Assembly (NCBI GenBank): GCA_965248445.1
Contig: CBDFJG010000004.1
Location: 32,001-96,000, forward strand
DNA: 64,000 bases
Source: Planctomycetota bacterium
Lineage (GTDB): Bacteria > Planctomycetota > JAJSAM01 > JAJVHW01
Direction of reading: 5' to 3'
The position numbers and the translations under genes are program-made. How positions within the stretch are numbered: the first letter of the stretch is position 1; each line of letters begins with the position of its first letter. The notes under the pieces are model-generated. The model did not search any database. It was not told where the DNA came from and saw only the letters and a list, made by a program, of their open reading frames with translations. This document shows, one piece after another, positions 58,056-64,000 of this stretch.

Positions 58056-58308
58056 CCGCTGCACTATCGCTGCACAACGTCCGCCCGCTCCTGCGGCTTG
58101 TGCGGCTTGTGCAGCGAGGGGCACGCGTAAGTCCTTGCTGGACAACGATCTCTCGTTGCTTCGGGAGCAAGAGGCCGGAGGTTCAAATCCTCTCGCCCCG
58201 ACCACTTGTAACCATTGCCGCACGAGCGAGTTACGGCGACTTCGCGCGCCCCATTCGGACCCCGCGTTTCAGGCCGATTCCGGCTACCGCTGCACTACCG
58301 CTGCAGAT
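58056..58308. repeat. Arm-type repeats (YCGCTGCACWA) on both sides of the tRNA fragment
   Basis: 58056-66, 58067-77, inverted 58107-17, 58287-97, 58298-308. Confidence 0.75.
58156..58204 (+). other. 3' fragment of tRNA-Pro(CGG), an att core
   Basis: Anticodon loop TTCGGGA, T-arm GGAGGTTCAAATCCTCT, CGCCCCGACCA end. No D-arm or 5' acceptor strand upstream. Confidence 0.9.
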
Positions 58309-58398
58309 CGTCACGCGACCGACGGGAGCGATCGACGCTGTGAGGTGGCGCTCTCCGTCGTCGGCGTCGCACAGGGGGCGCCCGTTACGATGGGGGGC

Positions 58399-58526
58399 AT
58401 GGCGACGCATCCCTTCTCGATCGGCGAACTGGCCCGAGCCGTGGGCGTCCCGACGTCCACGCTGCGCTACTCCGAGCGCGCGGGCATCCTGCGGCCTACG
58501 GGTCGGACCGGGGCGAACTACCGCCA
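58399..58526 (+). pseudogene. MerR-family regulator, HTH only
   Basis: FSIGELARAVGVPTSTLRYSERAGILRP..RT.ANYR, then similarity stops. Confidence 0.85.
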
Positions 58527-58550
58527 GAGAACACCAGGAACCCGACTGCC

Positions 58551-58868
58551 ATGCTGAACCTCCCCCCAATGGGCCGTGCTCACGACCCTGCTCCTGGCTT
58601 CGGTCGCTGCCACCGTTGGACTCGCCTTCACCTCAGGCGAGGTGTCGGCCAACGCAACGGACACCGTCATCTGCCCGCAGACCGGCGAAGAGATCTCCCA
58701 GGACGACTGCCCGCTCGTCGATGCGACTCGCCCGGACTGCCCTGGGAAGATCGAGTGCCCTGTGACCGGCGAACTCGTCTGCCGTGACCGCTGGACCGCT
58801 GCCCGCTGGAGGCCGAGGCTCAGGCAGCAGGGGCCGACGACGTCCCTGCGTGCTGCAAGCAGAAGTGA
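58551..58868 (+). pseudogene. Small secreted Cys-rich protein with two frameshifts
   Basis: Extra C in the C6 run at 58562-67 and an 8-bp tandem duplication at 58786-801. Repair gives MLNLPQWAV...CPQTGE..CP..CPG...CPVTGE..CRDRCP...CCKQK. Confidence 0.65.
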
Positions 58869-58883
58869 TCCGACGAGGGGCGC

Positions 58884-60104
58884 TCAGCTCACCGGCGGGG
58901 TTTCCGCGAAGTCGAGCGCCATGACGGCCGCCCTGCGCCGTTTCGAGAGCGCGCTCGCGTAGACCTGGGTCGTCGCGAGCTCGGCGTGGCCGAGCTGCTG
59001 CTGGAGGTCGGTGACCGCGCCGCCGTTCTGGAGGAAGTGGGTCGCGAAACTGTGGCGCAGCGAGTGGGGCGTCAGCCCCTTGCGGCCACCCAGCCCGGCG
59101 GCCTTCAGCGCCAGTTCCCACGACCGGCGGATCTCAACGAAGGGCGTCCCGCGGGTCGAGAGGAACACATGGTCGTCCGGCGAGACGTTCGGTCGCTCGT
59201 CCCGCAGTCGCTCCAGTTCCCCGGCCACCGCGCCGTGCAGGTCGAGCAGGTCGGCGGTCCCGGTCTTCGGCCGGTAGAGCGAGATCTTCGCGTCGGTGAA
59301 GTCGATGTCCGACCAGCGAAGTGCCGTGAGCTCACCCTTGCGCGCACCCGTGTAGATGGCGGTCAGGAGGAAGGGCCGGAAGTGCTCGGGGCAGTTGGTG
59401 ATGAGCGCGCCGAGTTCCTTCTTCGTCAGGTAGCGCCGCGGACGGCGCGTCTCGCGCAGCTTCTTGATGCCGGCGAGCGGGTTGGCGTCGAGGTGCCCGT
59501 CGAGCACGGCCTCGTTCAGGATGCGGATGACGCTCTGCTGGTCGGCGTTCAGCGTCCGTGGGCTGACGGTCGTCTTCTTCCCGTAGGACGAGTTCCGGGT
59601 CGTCGCGCGCCAGGCCCGGTAGTCCAGCCAGCGGGCAGGCGTGATCTCATCCAGCCGCACGGCCCGCTGGCCGTCACGCTCCCCGAAGTACTCGGTCCAA
59701 GCCCGAAGTGCCGCGCGGTAGACACCCATGGTCCCCTTGGCCAGGACCGGCTCGAAGCGGCGCTCGATCACGTCCTTGGCGTAGCCGACCAGCGTGGGGA
59801 CGTCGCGTGGGGCGCTCTCGACGCTGGCCTGGACGGCGCGCTCCTGCGCCTCCGAGAGGGTAGGCGGGACCTCGTAGGCCTCGGCGAGGATGCGCTTCTC
59901 CACCTCGTCGAGGAAGTCCTTGGCCTCCTTCTCCGTGTCGAAGGCCCGGGTCAGCCAGCGCCGCTCAGTCCGGCAGAACCACTTGGCCGACCAGGTCCGG
60001 CGGCCCGACCCCCACTTGCGCGAGTAGATGCTGCCGAAGCGGCGCTTGCGCTTGCCGCGCCGGCGGTTCGCCGGGGGCTCCTTCGTTCTCGTTTCTGCTT
60101 CCAC
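58884..60104 (-). CDS. int: Tyrosine recombinase/integrase with an N-terminal arm-binding region
   Basis: FGSIY..W, TGARKGEL, KTG, HSLRHSFAT, LGH....TQVY. Confidence 0.94.
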   Translation of the reverse strand: MEAETRTKEPPANRRRGKRKRRFGSIYSRKWGSGRRTWSAKWFCRTERRWLTRAFDTEKEAKDFLDEVEKRILAEAYEVPPTLSEAQERAVQASVESAPRDVPTLVGYAKDVIERRFEPVLAKGTMGVYRAALRAWTEYFGERDGQRAVRLDEITPARWLDYRAWRATTRNSSYGKKTTVSPRTLNADQQSVIRILNEAVLDGHLDANPLAGIKKLRETRRPRRYLTKKELGALITNCPEHFRPFLLTAIYTGARKGELTALRWSDIDFTDAKISLYRPKTGTADLLDLHGAVAGELERLRDERPNVSPDDHVFLSTRGTPFVEIRRSWELALKAAGLGGRKGLTPHSLRHSFATHFLQNGGAVTDLQQQLGHAELATTQVYASALSKRRRAAVMALDFAETPPVS

Positions 60105-60201
60105 GTCGTGCTCTCCGGGGCTCGTGCCCCGCAGCAGGCGGAGCACGTGTGGTCCCGATGCACGCTCTTGCGTCCCTGAACATCCAGTACCTTCGACCGG
60201 C

Positions 60202-60471
60202 CTACGCACGGGTATCTCCGAGCAGTCGCGTGACCCGTCCGGGGAGGCCTGCCTTCCGGGTCCTGCGGTCGAGGAATGTGCGGACGTCGTCCGGGCGGAA
60301 GCGCAGGACACGAGGCGCGACGTCGATCGCGGGGAGGGCCGCCTTCTTCGCCAAGCGGTAGACTGTCGTCGTGTCTACAGAGAGGTAGGCGGCCACCGTG
60401 GCGGCATCGACGAGCGGCTCGCCGAACGGCGAGACGGGCGTCGCAGCAGGCAGGCGCATCCGGTCCGTCAC
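60202..60471 (-). CDS. Excisionase-like HTH protein
   Basis: LVDAATVAAYLSV...TVYRL.....LPAI.....LRF. Confidence 0.85.
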   Translation of the reverse strand: MTDRMRLPAATPVSPFGEPLVDAATVAAYLSVDTTTVYRLAKKAALPAIDVAPRVLRFRPDDVRTFLDRRTRKAGLPGRVTRLLGDTRA

Positions 60472-63173
60472 ATCGTCCCCGCGAGGCTTGGGAAGAGATC
60501 GTCGAGGCCGTCGCCAAACCCGCGCGTGACGGCGGGCGCTTCGTCAGTGGGCGCGGACTGCCCGGCATCGTCGGCAACGAGCCGGTACTGTGCCGCCTTG
60601 GTGTTCGAGTTGCGGCCGGCCACGATCCGGTGCTCTCCGAAGTGACGATCGCGCGCGGCTGAGAGCGCGCGGCCCAGCCGGATGAGCTGCGAGCGCTCGG
60701 ACTTGTCTCCGATCACCTGGCCGAGGAGATCCTGCTCTGTGGTGATCTGCAGCAGATCGCGCGAAGCGACCCACGCGCCGCCGTGCTGCTCCCACCACGC
60801 GGTGACGAGCTGCCGCCACTCTTGTCCTTCGGTGTCGGCGTGCTCGTAGAGGTCCTCGGCGTCGCCGAGGAACCCCTCGATCCCGGCATGGGCGAGCACA
60901 CCCCCGACGACCTCGGCCCAGCTCTCGAAGGAGCCGAGCGTCGCGCCGCACGCCGGACGCTCCGCGGCGATCCACGACTGCACGAGCACGAGGACCGCGT
61001 GGACGAGCGTCGCGCGGTTCTGACGCGCCCAATCCCTGAGGGGCGCGTGCTTGAAGCCCGTGCGCTCCCACGGGCGGTCGCGCTTTGCATCGAGCCGCAC
61101 GCGCACGCAGCGCCGCGCGATCTCCAGGGAGAGCCGCGGGTTGTTCGCGGTGACGAGCCACGTGGCTCGGTTCGGGAGGTCGATCATCTTCGTCTGGCCG
61201 AGCATCCGGTCGGACCAGGTCTCGGCCGTGAGCGCCGCCGCGAGCTGCGCCGAGTCGAGCCCGTGGCGGATGTTGTCGATGAGGATCAGCGGCTGCGCCC
61301 GGGCGAGGATCGAGGTGATCTTCTTGCGCGCCTCGTCCTCGTCCCGCGTGATCGTCGTCGGGTCGCACGGGCGGCCCAGTGCGACGATCGCGACGATGTC
61401 GGCGAGGAGGCCCTTGCCGCTCCCGGGTGTCGGGGCCTCGATGAGGTGGATCGGCGTGCAGCCACTGACCATCCGCCGGACGAACGGCAAGATGAGCGTC
61501 GCCACCGCGTGCGCGCGGTCCGAGGCCGCCGCGAACGGGAAGTCGACGAAGAGCTCGTCGAGGATGAGTTCGCGGGCAGCGCGCACGTCGTTGTCGGCCG
61601 GCTGCTTGGGCACCTCCGCGACATCGAGGTCCGGCGCACGGTGGAGCCAGAGCCGCGCTTCCCTGTGGTAGCCGGGCGTGGAGACGAGGCGCCCCTCCGA
61701 GTCGAAGACCGGCGTCGCGACGATTGCTTCGAGGGGCGGGAGATCTTCGGCGGGATTGACGAGCATGTCGCGCGCGACGTCCTTGGGTGGCGGGGTGTCG
61801 AGGACTGCGTCCTGCGTGACGCGGACCCAGTTGGCGACGCGGAACAGGTGCCCGAACATCGCCGCCTCCTCGACGGTCTCGATGCGCAGCCCCGCCTCGG
61901 CCGTGCCGAGCCGTACCACGATGCCCGAGCGGACGAAGAGCGCGGGGCGCTTGTTCGTCGCGTGGACGACCCGCCAGGCGTCGGCGAGGACGTCGCGGAG
62001 TTGGCGGTTGTTCACGCGGATGCGGGGCCGGGAGGCGTTGCGTGGAGCGGGAGGCGGCTTCGGCAACGCGACGCCCGAGTATCGGGCGACGAGCGCCATC
62101 GCCCCGCGGAAGTCGGTCGCCGTCCCGTGCTCGACCAGGAAGTCGAAAACCGAGCTCGTCTTCCCTGAGATGAACGAGTGGAACACGCCACGCTCGGCAT
62201 CCCCCGTGCCGTCCGCGACGCCTGCCGAGGGGTTCGTATCGCCGGAGGGGGACGAGGGATCCCGGCACTCCATCCACGCGGGACCCGACGACCTGCCCGT
62301 GAGCCAGGCGCTGTAGACGGACTCCAGGGGAAGCGCGTCGAGCGCTTGGCGCCGCCAGCCCGCCCACGTTGCGCCGTGTTCGGACGATGTGTTCGCATCG
62401 ACGCCCGGGGCCACCGCGGCCTCCAGCGCGGCGACGTCGGCCAACACGCGCGCGACGTCGGCCGTGTCCGCGACGTCGAGGTCCTCGGGCGTGAAGGGGG
62501 CGAGGTGGCCGGCGTCTCCCGGGCGGTAGAAGAGGTTGGCGCCCTCGGGAGCCCCGTCCCACCACGGGAGCCACACGAGGTTCCCGTAGCCGTTCTTCCT
62601 GATCTTGGCCTGCTTTGGGAACACCTCGATCCCGCGTGCGGATCGCGGGTCCGCCACACCGCCGTTGGCGAGAGGGGCGTCCGTCGGTGCGAGCGCGCGC
62701 CCCAGGGCCTGCGCCTTCGCGGCCGGGATCGGTGGGTCGAAGAAGCACCACAGGTGCCAGCCGTTCCCGCCGCCCGATCGCTCGAGGTACGCCGGGAGGC
62801 CCGCTGCAGCGAACCGGTCGTAGGCCGTGCGCGCGACGGCCGCCGGATCCGCCAGCGCCTCGGCGTGGCCGGCGCCGTCGAAGTCGAGGCAGAGCCAGCG
62901 GGTGCTGTTGTCCGGCGCGGGGCAGTAGCTTCCGATGCGGAAACGGCCGGACATCGCGCCGGCGCCGCGGCTGCTGCGGAAGCGGACCTTGGCGATGGGC
63001 GCGGCGTCACCGAGCAGGTGTCCGCGCAACAGCCCGTCCAGCGTGCCGTTGGCATCCACCGGACGAGGCGTGCCGCGGTCGGTCCGGACGGCCACGCAGT
63101 CCGTGCGGTTGAGAAACCGTCGCTGGAAGAGGTCGATCGCAGCGTCAGCGGCGGGGCGAGCGCACGTCGTCAT
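60468..63173 (-). CDS. Primase-helicase fusion (AEP of TOTE type, degenerate Zn-finger-like linker, P-loop helicase)
   Basis: LCLDFD, ERSGGGNGWHLW.FF, IEVFPKQ, GNLVWLPW; APTPGSGKGLL, LIDNI, TANN. Confidence 0.85.
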   Translation of the reverse strand: MTTCARPAADAAIDLFQRRFLNRTDCVAVRTDRGTPRPVDANGTLDGLLRGHLLGDAAPIAKVRFRSSRGAGAMSGRFRIGSYCPAPDNSTRWLCLDFDGAGHAEALADPAAVARTAYDRFAAAGLPAYLERSGGGNGWHLWCFFDPPIPAAKAQALGRALAPTDAPLANGGVADPRSARGIEVFPKQAKIRKNGYGNLVWLPWWDGAPEGANLFYRPGDAGHLAPFTPEDLDVADTADVARVLADVAALEAAVAPGVDANTSSEHGATWAGWRRQALDALPLESVYSAWLTGRSSGPAWMECRDPSSPSGDTNPSAGVADGTGDAERGVFHSFISGKTSSVFDFLVEHGTATDFRGAMALVARYSGVALPKPPPAPRNASRPRIRVNNRQLRDVLADAWRVVHATNKRPALFVRSGIVVRLGTAEAGLRIETVEEAAMFGHLFRVANWVRVTQDAVLDTPPPKDVARDMLVNPAEDLPPLEAIVATPVFDSEGRLVSTPGYHREARLWLHRAPDLDVAEVPKQPADNDVRAARELILDELFVDFPFAAASDRAHAVATLILPFVRRMVSGCTPIHLIEAPTPGSGKGLLADIVAIVALGRPCDPTTITRDEDEARKKITSILARAQPLILIDNIRHGLDSAQLAAALTAETWSDRMLGQTKMIDLPNRATWLVTANNPRLSLEIARRCVRVRLDAKRDRPWERTGFKHAPLRDWARQNRATLVHAVLVLVQSWIAAERPACGATLGSFESWAEVVGGVLAHAGIEGFLGDAEDLYEHADTEGQEWRQLVTAWWEQHGGAWVASRDLLQITTEQDLLGQVIGDKSERSQLIRLGRALSAARDRHFGEHRIVAGRNSNTKAAQYRLVADDAGQSAPTDEAPAVTRGFGDGLDDLFPSLAGTM

Positions 63174-64000
63174 CCACGGCCCCCGGAGGAGTCCGCAGGG
63201 AAGTCCAGGACGGAGAGGAACGTCTTGCGCTTCTCGACCTGCTCCTTCTCAGCGCAGTTGCGCATGCCCCACGAGTCACCGACCAGGATCGCGACATCGC
63301 GTGCTCGCGTGACGCCGGTGTAGAGGAGGTTGCGGTGGTGCATGAAGGAGTGCGCCTTGTGAACGATGATCACGGCGCACGGATACTCGCTCCCCTGGCT
63401 CTTGTGGATCGTCAGCGCGTAGGCGAGCGCGAGGTCGCGCGTTCCCTCGTTCTCGGGCGTGTAGGCGACGTCCGCGTGGTCGAAGCGCACGGTGAGCTCG
63501 CCGCGGCGCGGACCGATTTCGGTCACGATCCCAATCGCGCCGTTCATCACGCCGAGGTCGTAGCTGTTCCGCGTCTGGATGACGCGGTCGCGGAGCAGGA
63601 GTCTGGGCCTGCGTCCCGGCGCCGGTGGCGGGACCGTGACGCCGTGGAGCTTGCGCTGCACGAGGCGTTGCAGGAGCACGTTCAGTGCCTCTGTCCCGAG
63701 CGGGCCCTTGCGAGTCGGGGTCAGGAGTTGCACGTCGGCGAGAACGTCGAAGCGAAGCCGCTCGACGAGGGCGGACTCGAAGAGCTCCAGAACGCAGTGC
63801 TGGACGTCGAGGATGTTGGACCGGTGGTTCAGCGCGACCCAGGGCGGGCGTCCGTCCGGCCCGTCAGGAGCTGTTGCGCGTACGTCGCCCGCGAGGATCG
63901 CGAGCGAGTTCTCCTTGAGCACGCCCGCTTGGCGGACGACTTGGTCGAGGACGACGGTCGGACACGGCCGTCGCTCGATCAGATCGCGCAGCAGGTTCCC
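63170..64000 (-). CDS. RecD2-like SF1 helicase, C-terminal part (continues beyond the window)
   Basis: VVRQA, VQLLTP, RVIQTRN.Y...VMNG..G, LAYALTIHKSQGSEY, RNLLYTGVTRAR. Confidence 0.92.
   Translation of the reverse strand, partial: GNLLRDLIERRPCPTVVLDQVVRQAGVLKENSLAILAGDVRATAPDGPDGRPPWVALNHRSNILDVQHCVLELFESALVERLRFDVLADVQLLTPTRKGPLGTEALNVLLQRLVQRKLHGVTVPPPAPGRRPRLLLRDRVIQTRNSYDLGVMNGAIGIVTEIGPRRGELTVRFDHADVAYTPENEGTRDLALAYALTIHKSQGSEYPCAVIIVHKAHSFMHHRNLLYTGVTRARDVAILVGDSWGMRNCAEKEQVEKRKTFLSVLDFPADSSGGRG

Larger units (their letters stand above)
58205..64000 (-). mobile_element. End of a second integrative element anchored at the tRNA-Pro att site
   Basis: int-xis-primase/helicase-RecD2 operon; the integrase ends about 680 bp from the att core. 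Confidence 0.8.

Noticed and set aside
58128..58204. Intact tRNA-Pro gene
   Set aside because: The 5' acceptor strand and D-arm are absent; only the 3' 49 nt match.
58055..58765. C-terminal part of the 468-aa IS66 ORF
   Set aside because: IS66 similarity ends near 58054; the rest is read-through across the att site and merR remnant.
1..64000. CRISPR array, cas genes, reverse transcriptase (retron/DGR/group II intron), rRNA
   Set aside because: No regularly spaced repeat-spacer series, no RT or Cas motifs and no rRNA-like sequence seen.

Overview
High-GC bacterial window, probably Planctomycetota (inferred from the gene repertoire). Three zones. (1) 1-4.8 kb: a repeat-protein gene and an aldehyde:ferredoxin oxidoreductase gene, each cut by one of two abutting IS elements (IS1380 and IS1595). 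(2) 4.8-35.9 kb: core-like genes, including thiI, a redoxin, a Rieske ferredoxin, a Ser/Thr kinase-Ig-FGE gene heading a lipoprotein/ABC operon, GT2 and sulfotransferase, an alpha-carbonic anhydrase, murD, mcsA-mcsB, DUF1501/DUF1800, an MFS transporter, and GTAG-type REPs. (3) 35.9-64 kb: a mobile-element hot spot. It holds two near-identical IS1380 copies at CTAG sites, and a truncated prophage (integrase, xis-like gene, J-domain protein, RusA, SbcC/SbcD-like pair, candidate annealing protein) that appears to sit in the first codons of a DUF4332 gene. Next come two ISSod11-group IS1595 copies, two IS110-family elements, IS66 remnants, a tRNA-Pro(CGG) 3' fragment flanked by arm-type repeats, and the end of a second integrative element (integrase, xis, primase-helicase, RecD2-like helicase). 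The best sequence-level signal is an IS110 bridge RNA (53677-53880) whose guide segments can be read directly against the element's own donor junction and flanking target. Family assignments come from motif recognition by eye, not database searches. Several 1-bp frameshifts may be assembly errors.
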